Of a DNA stretch of 27,474 nucleotides, positions 1 through 10,573 are shown piece after piece (within the stretch, counting starts at the first letter, position 1; each line of letters opens with the position of its first letter). A program made the position numbers and the translations under genes. The notes below the pieces were generated by a model. That model worked only from the letters and a program-made list of their open reading frames with translations, was not told the origin of the DNA and ran no database searches. The stretch comes from Octopus sinensis (taxonomy: Eukaryota): assembly GCF_006345805.1 (NCBI RefSeq), contig NW_021827541.1, positions 1-27,474 on the forward strand, given 5' to 3'.

Positions 1-156
1 TAGTAGTAATGATAAATTATAATATTGTGTTTATACTTTATGTAATATTTTGATGGTCTTTTATTTGAAAACGAACGAAAACATATCTATACATACTTAC
101 ACACTCACACATACACACACGCGTACACACATGCACACACACACATATACTTACAT

Positions 157-187
<31 letters not shown>

Positions 188-314
188 TACTTATATATAT
201 ATTATATATACATATACATACATATATATATATATACACATATATTGAATATATATATGCATATATATAATACATATGTATGTATGTAAGTATGTATGTA
301 TGTATGTATGTATG

Positions 315-359
<45 letters not shown>

Positions 360-375
360 TATGTGTGTATGTCTA

Positions 376-430
<55 letters not shown>

Positions 431-667
431 CCATATATATATATACATATATATATATATTACTAGTCACAATGATATGATGTTCATCGATTTTGTTGAT
501 TTTGTTATATACCGCCTCCTGATACGTATTTATCAATTTACTCATTTTTTATAAATCCTGAATAAAAATGGGAATATTTTTGATAATTTTTAAAATTCTA
601 TTCGGAAAATCTTGGTATTCTGATAATATCTTCGTAATTCACACGCACCATATTTCAATCTGACAAT

Positions 668-712
<45 letters not shown>

Positions 713-714
<2 letters not shown>

Positions 715-1411
715 AGAGTATCTCAAAAAACACGATAGAGCTGCACAATATATTCACTGGGTAATTTGCAAAAACCTGGATTTGCCCCATGAACAAAACT
801 GGTGGGAACACAAACCAGCCCCAGTGCTTGAAAATGACCACATCTCACTCCACTGGAACTTCACCATTCAAACTGACAGAAAGATAGATGCAAATAGGCC
901 AGACATCATATTGAAAGACTTCAAGCAAAGAACATGCCTCCTCATTGATATGACTGTCCCAATCGATATAAACGTATCTGTCAAGACCTACCAAAACCTG
1001 AGCAAAAGAAAGATCTTGAAATATAAAGCAGCAAAATGTGGAACCTGAAGACTAAAACAATACCTGTTGTTATAGGTGCCCTGGGAATGATAGCAAAAGG
1101 GGCTGATCGCTACGTAACTCAGATACCAGGAAACCCCAAAATGGCAGAAATTCAAAAGATAGTGCTCATGGGAACTGCTCATATTCTACGCAAAATACTT
1201 TCTATGTAATCTCAAGGTTTAAAACAAACATAATTTTCGGTTTAAAAAAAATTTTTTTTTTTAGACATTCATTAGTACAACACCCAACCCCCGAAAATAT
1301 ATGGCACACTAGGCATAACAACAACATGAACTTCCAACCTGTTGTCTCTTGAGGTCTCTGGGTGAGACTTGGAGCCAACTTGTACAAATATAAAGCAAAA
1401 GTCAAACATAG
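713..1411 (+). mobile_element. 5'-truncated R4/Dong-type non-LTR retrotransposon: RLE endonuclease C-terminus plus 3' UTR, disrupted
   Basis: Translates as TEYLKKHDRAAQYIHW...WNFTIQTDRKIDANRPDIILKD...CLLIDMTVP. After a frameshift near 1005-1030 it continues KMWNLKTKTIPVVIGALG...LMGTAHILRKILSM*, with TAA at 1207-1209. The RHD-like, RPD and D-x-x-x-P motifs are typical of restriction-like endonuclease LINEs. Flanked by (TAA)n at 668-712 and 1412-1438. Confidence 0.88.
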
Positions 1412-1445
1412 AATAATAATAATAATAATAATAATAATTTTTTTT

Positions 1446-1842
1446 ACTTGTTTCAGTCATTTGACTGCGGCCATGCTGGAGCACCGCCTTTAATCGAGCA
1501 ACTCGACCCCGGGACTTATTCTTTGTAAGCCCAGTACTTATTCTATCGATGTCTCTTTTGCCGAACCGCTAAGTGACAGGACATAAAACACACCAGCATC
1601 GATGTCAGCATGCTAGGGGGACAAACACAGACACCCACAACATACACACACAACACACATATATATATATACATATATACGACGGGCTTCTTTCAGTTTC
1701 CGTCTACCAAATCCACTCACAAGGCTTTGGTCGGCCCGAGGCTATAGTAGAAGACACTTGCCCAAGGTTGCAACGCAGTGGGACTGAACCCGAAACCATG
1801 TGGTTGGTAAACAAGCTACTTACCACACAGCCACTCCTGCGC
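1446..1842 (-). mobile_element. tRNA-derived SINE, family A (full length, with internal microsatellite)
   Basis: The minus strand starts GCGCAGGAGTGGCTGTGTGGTAAG (A-box-like), then GGTTCAGTCCC (B-box-like) and CCTTGGGCAAGT (CORE-like). An internal TA/TG run follows, and it ends GGTGCTCCAGCATGGCCGCAGTCAAATGACTGAAACAAGTA. Homologous pieces occur at 4174-4400 and 9113-9290. Confidence 0.85.
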
Positions 1843-1919
<77 letters not shown>

Positions 1920-1920
<1 letters not shown>

Positions 1921-2400
1921 GAGCTGACCTAAAATGCCGATTCTGTAACGATGAGATTGAAACTATAGACCACCAAATCTCAGGGTGTAGAGTCTTAGAA
2001 CCTGTAGAATATAAAGCAAGACATGACAGAGTCGGCCAGTATTTACATTGGACAATATGTCGGTATTATAAAATCAAAACCGCTGACAAATGGTATAAAC
2101 ACCATCCTGAAGCTGTGACTGAGGAAGAAAACGTGTTGATTCTCTGGGATTTCCCCGTACATGCCGACAAAACTATAAAAGCCAATAAACTGGATATTAT
2201 TATAAAAGATCAGACAAAAAGATGTGTTTATTAATTGACACGTGTATCCTTTGCGATCACAATATAGCGACGAAAGAATTTGACAAGATTAGTAAATATA
2301 AAGACCTGCTAATAGAAATTGAAAAAATGTGGCATCTCAAGGCGACTACAGTACCAGTGATTGTAGGATCTCTAGGAATGTTTAAAAAGGGTACTGAAAC
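1920..2400 (+). mobile_element. Second R4/Dong-type LINE fragment: CCHC finger plus RLE domain, frameshifted, truncated at both ends
   Basis: CRFCNDEIETIDHQISGC (C-X2-C-X8-H-X4-C), EYKARHDRVGQYLHW, ILWDFPVHADKTIKANKLDIII, then a frameshift near 2220, then CLLID...KISKYKDLLIEIEKMW...VPVIVGSLG. Begins directly after (TAA)n at 1843-1919. Confidence 0.88.
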
Positions 2401-2505
2401 CATATCACATCATACCACCACGCATGCACTAGCACTGACCACTTCACAGCATCCACACCATCATCGACACAGCTACACATGCACACACGCACACGTCGTC
2501 ACCAG

Positions 2506-2560
2506 CCGTGAGGTATCGATGCTAGATGTGTCGAAACAATTGTAGTTATTAATAAAAATT
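2506..2560 (+). repeat. Dispersed 55-bp repeat (second copy 4688-4742) carrying the 3' half of a hammerhead-like motif
   Basis: 52/55 identity between the copies by eye. Contains a GATGC-TAGAT-GT(G/A)TC hairpin, then GAAACAATTGTA and AATAAA. Both copies lie just upstream of TA-rich arrays. Confidence 0.7.
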
Positions 2561-2588
2561 CTCGTATCTTCCATCTGCCGCATACACC

Positions 2589-2637
<49 letters not shown>

Positions 2638-2642
<5 letters not shown>

Positions 2643-3196
2643 AATTTATAAGTAAGAGCAAAAGAAAAAATTTCTAATGCCAAAATATGCCGAAAATAGA
2701 CATAACGTCAATAACCTTGTACTTTATCACTACAAGCACGCGTTTCGAAGAAAGCCGACAGAAATTTCTAAAAAATCCCGTTATTACCATATCGGACCCG
2801 ATTTCAGAGTTAGTTCATAAGAACCTTCCCTTCATCAGTGATAAATGCGGCAAAGAAATAAGTGAAATACTTACTTATACCCATGGAAGAAGTGAACACA
2901 ATTATGTATCCCAAATATATCCAAAATAGAAACTTTCTAGCCCATCTCGAGACACGTGTGATTCGAACTAAAAAACTCTCGTAATGTGAGAGAGTCCGGA
3001 AGTGAACACTATTAAATTAACATCTAATGTAGGATAAACTTTTTCGAAAAAAATGTTATCAATGGCCAGCATATTAAAAAATACCTTTAAAGGTTAATTT
3101 GTAAACAATTTATAAGTAAAGGCAAAAGAAAAAATTTCTAATGCCAAAATATGCCGAAATAGACATTACGTCAATAACCATGTAATTTATCACTAC

Positions 3197-3197
<1 letters not shown>
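2638..3197 (-). mobile_element. Penelope-pLTR/retrozyme-like non-coding element: ~464-bp unit with ~96-bp terminal direct repeat, between (TA)n arrays
   Basis: 2638-2734 is repeated with few differences at 3102-3197. A hammerhead-like motif lies at 2723-2845 on the minus strand, and (TA)n flanks both sides. Confidence 0.65.
2723..2845 (-). ncRNA. Type I hammerhead ribozyme-like motif with long stem II insert
   Basis: Minus strand: TTTATCA CTGATGA AGGGAAG...(~70 nt)...CTTTCTTC GAAAC GCGTGCTT GTA GTGATAAA. Both core boxes are intact and TTTATCA/TGATAAA can form stem I, but the register is one nt off the canonical GUA site. Confidence 0.55.
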
Positions 3198-3252
<55 letters not shown>

Positions 3253-3351
3253 TATTGTATGTTATATACACATACACACACACGCACATATATATAACAT
3301 ATATACATATGTCTGTGTGTGTTGTGTTGTGTGTGTGTGTGTGTGTGTGTA

Positions 3352-3800
3352 CATTACTACTGACAATGAGACTCATTTGTTGACATTTTATTTATTCCCG
3401 TTCAGACAGTTGTAATATCCACTTCATACTTTATAAAGTTTTCCTCCGATTATGATATCTAGTTGATATCTTACGTATTTCACTACAAACAATATCAATA
3501 TTTACTTTATATATTTTTCCACTTGCTATGATATCTATTTGATATTTCCTAAATTTCGCTCCTGGGAATGGTAATACTTATTTGATTCTTTATATTATAT
3601 TCCATTCCTGACAATAGAAATATTTAGTATTTACTTTATACATTCCGTTCCTGACAATAATTGTTATATTCCTATCGATACTAAAAACGCGACATTTTGT
3701 CATACTTGACGTATGTCGCTATTTCGTTGATAATGAATATAACGACTAATTTGATATCTGTTTGATTTTCTATATATTCCAATACTGGTTCTATTATATA
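3352..3800. repeat. Degenerate AT-rich minisatellite-like tract
   Basis: Recurring ATTCC(G/A)TTCCTGACAAT, TATGATATCTA(G/T)TTGATAT and TATTTACTTTATA motifs. A similar texture is seen at 459-667. Confidence 0.5.
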
Positions 3801-3827
3801 TTTTCTTTTATTCTTTCCTTCTTTCAC

Positions 3828-4162
3828 TTAGTTTAGTTAAGTTAAGTTAATTTTTTGGCTCAAAAAGCAAAAAGCAAGGCCATATTGGGGGACATGGAGT
3901 TATGTACAGGGGTGTTCATGCAAAGAGTTCAGGCCATTTCTGGTCAAGAGAGACTTTGAACCGAGCGGTCGTCGGCATCTTCACTATCTCGTCCGGCAGC
4001 TTATTCCACGGATCCGCAACCCGGACGGAGAAAGCCCCTCTCCTTCGATTGAGATGAAATCGTCGTAGATAGAGCTTTTCGGAGTGACCCCGCAGCCGAC
4101 GCTCTGGAGCAGGAGTGAAGAACAGCTCTTTCGAGAGGGTACACTTTCCGCTTATGATGTTG
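3828..4162 (-). mobile_element. CR1-group LINE 3' end (ORF2 C-terminus, 3' UTR and short-repeat tail)
   Basis: FFTPAPERRLRGHSEKL...RRGAFSVRVADPWNKLPDEIV...FKVSLDQKW matches the RGH..KL / FS.RV...WN.LP / FK..LD C-terminal pattern. Stop at 3916-3918. Tail of TTAAC/CTAAA repeats. Confidence 0.85.
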
Positions 4163-4173
4163 TTGCAGTCTTG

Positions 4174-4400
4174 TACTTGTTTCAGACATTTGGCTGCGGC
4201 CATGCTGGAGCACCGCCTTAAAGGGTTTTTTTAGTCGAACAAATCGACTCCAGGACTTATTCTTTGTTTAAGCCTACTACTAATTTGATCGTTGTCTTTG
4301 ATGAACCGCTAAGTTACGGAAACGCAAACACACCAACATCGGTTGTAAAATGATGGTGGAGGGAGAAACACAGACTCAAAGACGCGCGCATAAATATATA
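4174..4400 (-). mobile_element. SINE family A, 3' half
   Basis: Aligns by eye with 1446-1640 (TACTTGTTTCAG..TGCGGCCATGCTGGAGCACCGCCTT; GAACCGCTAAGT). Confidence 0.8.
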
Positions 4401-4821
4401 CATAATTTACCTTAAGGTATGGATAAATAAAATTTAGCTCTAACTTCCCCATTCTTATAAATACCAGGTAGCTATTTCATTCGCTATGTGAACGTATGTG
4501 TACCAAACCACACCTGCGCGCATGCTTACATCTTCGTGGATGTTGGTATGAGCGAGTGCACATGCGCCATACAACCTAGGCGAGGGCGTTTATACATCCA
4601 TATCCGTTAACGGTTATATTTAGTATTTTTTTCAAGAGACACATCTGCACCGTGGGATATTCATGAACCAGTTAATAAGTATCCCACCCGTGAGGGATCG
4701 ATGCTAGATGTATCGAAACAATTGTAGTTGTTAATAAAAATTGTATGTATGTATTATACATATATGTATTATATATATATATATATATATATATATCATA
4801 TACATTATAATATATATATAT

Positions 4822-4952
4822 ATACAAAATTTAAAGGACTGACCACTGAAAGTGGACGGTCAACATGCTATTTTGTGGAAAATAGCGATTTGACGTCTAT
4901 ATCTAGCATGTTGACCGTCCAGTTTTAGTGATCAGTCCTTTAAATTTTGTAT
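4822..4952. repeat. Long inverted repeat (49-bp arms, 33-nt spacer); MITE-like or fold-back element
   Basis: Arms 4822-4870 and 4904-4952 match at 46/49. Abuts (TA)n on the left. Confidence 0.85.
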
Positions 4953-5134
4953 GTAAAAATATTTTAATCTTCGGATTTTTTTAATATGCTGGGCCACTGG
5001 TTTTAATTGATTGATATCAATTTCTAACCTTATTAAATTTTAAATTTATTTATATATATATATATATAAATTTTTTCGTAATGAGATAAAAAAAACCAAG
5101 GCTGTGTAGATTTTAGAACATTTATAGATAGAAG

Positions 5135-5182
5135 GTCTTACAGCTGTTTCCAGGATATTTATAATATCCCTTCATCGGAGAC
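5135..5182 (-). ncRNA. Minimal type I hammerhead ribozyme-like motif (U4C variant)
   Basis: Minus strand: GTCT CCGATGA AG GGATATT ATA AATATCC TG GAAACAGCTGTA AGAC. Stem I is GTCT/AGAC, stem II is 7 bp, stem III is the palindrome ACAGCTGT, and the GUA triplet is in the correct register. Confidence 0.7.
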
Positions 5183-5635
5183 GGTGTGAGAGGATGGTTA
5201 AGAAATAGTTAATTTAGATAAGATATAAAATAGAGACTGAGGTGGAGGAAAGAAAAGAAAATAGATGTGAGATGTGTAGGGATGTTGTATTTGTAGATCC
5301 ATTATTTAGGCAGAATGGTACACATATACTATTCCAATACCTTATGAGTAAAATCCAATAGTATTTTTCTTTTACTTTCTTCTCCTTATTCTCACTTTTC
5401 TCTCTTTTTCTCTTCTTTTTCTCTTTCTTTATTCCTCTCTTCCTGCTTTCGATTTGACCCTACAAATACACTCCCTATTTTTAGGTCACTTTAAGTAAAA
5501 CACTTGATTCAATAACACTGTGTATAAACTCTATACTTGGAATGACCATATATATATGTGTGGTGTGTGTGTGTGTTGTGCATGTGTGTGTGCGTGCGTT
5601 TATGTATATGTAATGTATATATATATATATATACG

Positions 5636-5668
<33 letters not shown>

Positions 5669-5769
5669 CATATATATATAACATAAACAAGCTTAGGTTA
5701 AGTCAAGAGTGCCACTACTTCCATTACATCGTGATGGTTATACTGGTGATGTTATCAGTTTTGGTATCC

Positions 5770-5899
5770 GATGACTTTGATGATGATGATCATCATCATC
5801 ATCATCAGCATCAGCATCATCATCATGGTGATGATGATGATGATGATAATGTTTATGATTATGATGATGATGATTATGATAATGATGATGATTATTATA

Positions 5900-5930
<31 letters not shown>

Positions 5931-6440
5931 GGATGATGATGAGGATGATGGTGATGATGATGATGACGACGACGATGATGATGATGATGATATGATGATG
6001 ATGATGATGATGATGGTGATGGTGATGATGATGACGACGATGATGATGATGATGACGATGATGATGATGATGATGATGACAATGATAGCTATGATTTTCT
6101 GCTTTTGGTGATGATGGCGGTTGCCTGGATTGACATGTGTGACGAAAAACCGCTGATTTGGTGAATTGGCAACAACGACGACGGTGCCGATCAGCGTCAT
6201 CATCATCATCATCACCATCGTCAACATCATCATCATCGTCATCATCATCGTCATCATTATCATCATCAGTATCATCGTCATCATCATCATCATCATCATC
6301 ATCATCACCGCCACCATGATAACAACAATGATGATGATGATGATGATGAGCCTCATGATTACGATCATCATAATAGTGGAGGTGATAGTGTCGATGGTGA
6401 TGATGATGATGATGATGATACTGATGATGGCTATGATGAT
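5770..6440. repeat. Compound (GAT)n/(ATC)n microsatellite with alternating orientation
   Basis: Direct reading; source of the poly-D/M/I/H/S ORFs. Confidence 0.95.
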
Positions 6441-7035
6441 GCGGTCGGTGCTGATGAGCAGTTGATTGCTACGAGTGAGTTTCGAGCTAATTTGCACAGA
6501 CCGTGGCGTTCGGTTGTGTGATGAGGTGGGGGAAGGTGTAGGGTGATGGAGGGGGCAACAACAACATCAACAACAACAACAAAAAAAAAACAATAAATGA
6601 ATGAATGAATGAATAAATAAAAGTGATGGATGATGAGGAGGCGGGGGAGGCGAGGGAGGAGGAGGAGGAGGCGATAAAATATGTCGTGGAAGCGGCGTCG
6701 AGGCTGTGGCAATGACGAGAATAAAGACGAGGAAAAGGAGGCGGGGGCGGCGGGGGCGGTGAAAGGGGGAGGAGAGGTGGTCGTGGATGAGATAGGAGGA
6801 GTTGGAAAGGGTGGGTGGGGTTTGGAGATGATTCCACAGAGAAGGAAAAGCCGAGCTGATGAGGTTCCGTAATTGCTGCACAAGAAAGAGACAAGAAAGG
6901 TGATAAGTCGAAGATCGTTTAAAATAAAAGAGAGAAGAAAAAGAACTCGAAAACGCCATGCGACGGCGCCACCACCACGCCTGCTCCCACCCATCGACCC
7001 CCACCCAACCCGACCCCCAACCTCACTTTGAACAC

Positions 7036-7069
<34 letters not shown>

Positions 7070-7627
7070 CCCTTAGCGCTACCCAATCTATTCCAATACC
7101 TTTACACCATCACCGCGCGGCCGCCATCGATCGCAACGCCACCACGTTCTTTTTAACCTCATACTCCGTCCGCCATTACATTCGCAGCATCACCCCGCTA
7201 CCACCACCGCTACCACAACCCCACCCACCACCACCACCACCGCTATCACCACCACCACCACCACCATCGTCATCAACCCACTTCGCCCCCTCTACTCATT
7301 TCCACTCTACTCCATCTATATATTATGGCGCTCCGTGGGACGGACGGTTTTGGCTAAATTGATAAAAATACTGGCAACTGATGAAACTTCCCAGTTCTAA
7401 TTACGAACGCCACACAAAATGGCGGAAATCGAACTTGTTGGAGTGGTGAGGTGAGAGCTGATGGAGAAAGGTGAGGCTGAGAAGTGGGCAGAGAGGTGGG
7501 GGAGATATCTGTAGTGAACGGGTGACAGATGAGTGAGGGTGTGGCTGCGAGTGTGGGCGAAGGAAGAGGGAGAGGGAGAGGAGGGGATTGACGAGAAAGA
7601 GTGACACGAGAGACGTAAGCAGACTGT

Positions 7628-7645
7628 CAGATAGATAGATAGATA

Positions 7646-7683
<38 letters not shown>

Positions 7684-7686
7684 AGG

Positions 7687-7734
<48 letters not shown>

Positions 7735-7766
7735 GAGAGGGGAGAAAGAGATAGATAGATAGATAC

Positions 7767-7823
<57 letters not shown>

Positions 7824-7848
7824 GAGATAGATAGAAAGAGAGAGAGAG

Positions 7849-7883
<35 letters not shown>

Positions 7884-8384
7884 CAGACAGACAAACAGAC
7901 AGATAGATAGTGAGACAGCGGAGTGAGTGGGGGTGGGGATAATGATTTCGAGATAAAGCTATTCGAAGCTGCTGTAAGAAACGTGTGTGTGTGTGTATGT
8001 GTGTGTGTGTGTGTGCATGTGTATTTTTCTGTATGCGTATACGTGTGTACGAAGATGTCGCATCAGTATGCGTGATTACATGTGTATCCGTATGTGTGTC
8101 TTGCATATGCCTGTGTGTGTGTGTGTGCGTATGGGTGGTTAAATGGGTAAGTGGTTGGTGAGGCCGAGGTGGGTGAAGGCAATGAATAATCTGCATTTGT
8201 GTATATATGTGTATATATGTGAGTATGTATGTGTGTATGTGAGTATACATGTGTGTGTGTATGTATGTGTGTGTGTGTGTGCGTGTGTGCGAAAGAGAGA
8301 CATCTGTGAGTGTCTCACTAGGACATTGATGGAGCATCCGTACGTATGTATGTGTGTGTATATGTATGTATGAACATATGTATA

Positions 8385-8431
<47 letters not shown>

Positions 8432-8900
8432 ATGTATGTACGTATGTATGCATGTATGATGCATGTATATATGTATGCATGTATTATGTATGTGTGTATT
8501 TATTTGAGTATTTATGTATGTATGTATGCATGTATGTATGTATGTGTGTATGTAATTATGCATGTTTGTATCAATGTGTGTATTATGTATGTGTGTGCAT
8601 GTTTGGATGTGTGTATGTGTGAATGTATGTGTGTGTGTATGTATGTGTACATGTAGGCATACATGTATGCATGTGTTAATGTATGTATGTATGTATGCAT
8701 GTATGTATGTACGTATGTATGTGTGTACGTATGTATGAAAGTATGTATGTACAAATGCATATAACTACGTCAGTATGTGTATATGAACGTATGTATGAAT
8801 TTAGGTATGTATGTATGAACGTATGCATGCGTAATTGATGAAGCGTATGTACGTATCTACGTCTATACGCATGCATGTGTATATGTATGTCTGCAACTTT
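7628..8900. repeat. (GATA)n/(GA)n followed by degenerate (TG)n/(TATG)n microsatellites
   Basis: Direct reading. Confidence 0.95.
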
Positions 8901-9112
8901 GTATGCGTGAAGGAAGATGATGTGTGTGTGAGAGCGTGTGAAACCGCATAGACAAGCATTTTCCGATGTATGCACATATCTCTTAATATATGTACGTAAT
9001 ACGTGAGCAGGTCTCACACAAAAAACGTTACATTAACGCACAACTAAACATATACACAAATATCTATCTGTCTATCTTTATATATATGTGACGGGGTGTA
9101 TACATATATATA

Positions 9113-9290
9113 CGAAGTAGTGGGTGTGTGGTAAGAAGCTTGCTTCCCAACCACATGGCTCTGGGTTCAGTTCCACTGCGTGGCACCTTGGGCAACTGTC
9201 TTCCACTACAGCCTCGAGTCGCCCCAAAATTTGTGATTGGATTTGGTAAATGGAAACTGAAAAGAAGCCCGTCGTTTATATATGTGTAAT
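9113..9290 (+). mobile_element. SINE family A, 5' half (tRNA head plus CORE-like region)
   Basis: GTGTGGTAAGAAGCTTGCTTCCCAACCACATGG..GGTTCAGTTCCACTGCGTGGCACCTTGGGCAA..GAAGCCCGTCG is homologous to the reverse complement of 1680-1842. It stops at the internal microsatellite. Confidence 0.82.
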
Positions 9291-10228
9291 ATGATATATA
9301 TATATATATATGCATGTATGTATGTATGTATGTATGTATGTATGTATGTATGTATGTATACATATCGTGGTACTCCATCGGTTACGACGTGAAATTAACT
9401 TCCGGTATAGAAGCCAATCTAATTAGAAACAACTTTTTAGTAAATCATGATACTCTTCTTTATGCCTTTATTTTTATAAGCTTTTATATATACTCTCATC
9501 TTACTTTATTTTATAGTTTTAACCTGAATTATTCTCTTCTTTGTCGCTTTCCACCATATTTATTTGTTGTATTTCCGTTATCTAAAGTTTCTCCAGGAAT
9601 GCTGAAATTTTGAGATTTTGGGCCAATAGACTTTTGCTTACCTTTATAATGCAGGAGCCAGTCCTGATTTGATTAGACTTGAAGGTCCAAAATACTAGCA
9701 GGGCACCATATGTGTACAAATGGTCCTAATACCGTGAAACGTGATTCTTAAGAATGCTTAGGTATGGATTAACTAATTATGAGATAATCAACTTGTGTAA
9801 ATAATTAATTTAATTAGACTTTAAGCACCAGTGATGATTTACATTGATGATTTACAGTGATGATTTACTCCTTAGACACAAGTGATACTTAAATGAAAAC
9901 TTAAGAAAAAAACGGGTAGACTTTCTGCTCCAGCGTCAATTACTTCGCAGAAATGTTCACTAGACCCAACTGAATCTATTCATGTCACTTAAGAACCATT
10001 TTAGGTATGGATTTCTCATTTAAGAAGCATTTTCTACTAATCACTATACACTAATTAAGAAGAAACATGCAGAAACACTGTTTTCAATCTACGTGATGAA
10101 TGCAACATACAAACGTGTCTTGGACCCAAAAAGTGTTTGACAGAGTTTGTCACGTTTTTGTAACGCTTTATCCAATTCTTTACTCATATTCATTCACATT
10201 CAGATCATCAGAGTACGAATATGTCTGA

Positions 10229-10573
10229 TATTCGTCTTCCGCAAGTCAACACATTCCAGAGTACGGATGGGAACTGATCGATAACGAATACACGATCATC
10301 TGGTTCCAAGGCGAGCAACTGCCTGCCAGTCTGACAGAGGAGAGACCAGCATCACTGCTCATTGACGAGTTCAGTGATGACGAGGATGGTACCATGTTGA
10401 TTGTGTCCTCTGGTGACGAACAGTCAGACTCCGGTACAGAACAGAATACACACTGCAGCCGTCTGGATAATGGGGCGTCATGTACTAATACCTCTGCTCT
10501 TTGGTGTAGACGTATTGATAGATTAAAAATGTCATGGCGTAATGTGTCGTTTGGAGGCAGTACGAGAATTTGA
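10229..10573 (+). pseudogene. Possible C-terminal remnant of a DNA-transposon-associated protein
   Basis: A stop-to-stop frame not in the ORF track reads PEYGWELIDNEYTIIWFQGEQLPASL followed by an acidic stretch (DEFSDDEDG...GDEQSDS). The P..GW...WF.G..LP pattern recalls uncharacterised invertebrate transposon-borne proteins. Family not identified. Confidence 0.35.

Noticed and set aside
3916-4203. 95-aa ORF as an intact gene
   Set aside because: It is a chimera of a SINE tail (supplying the ATG) and a CR1 ORF2 end.
6451-6480. CTGATGA followed by a short hairpin
   Set aside because: No GAAA box follows, and it lies at the edge of a GAT array where CTGATGA arises by chance.
6855-6900. CTGATGAGG...GAAA
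   Set aside because: No stem II or stem I pairing.
7365-7397. CTGATGAAAC within a weak hairpin
   Set aside because: The boxes overlap with no room for stem II, and it is not a recognisable miRNA or snoRNA.
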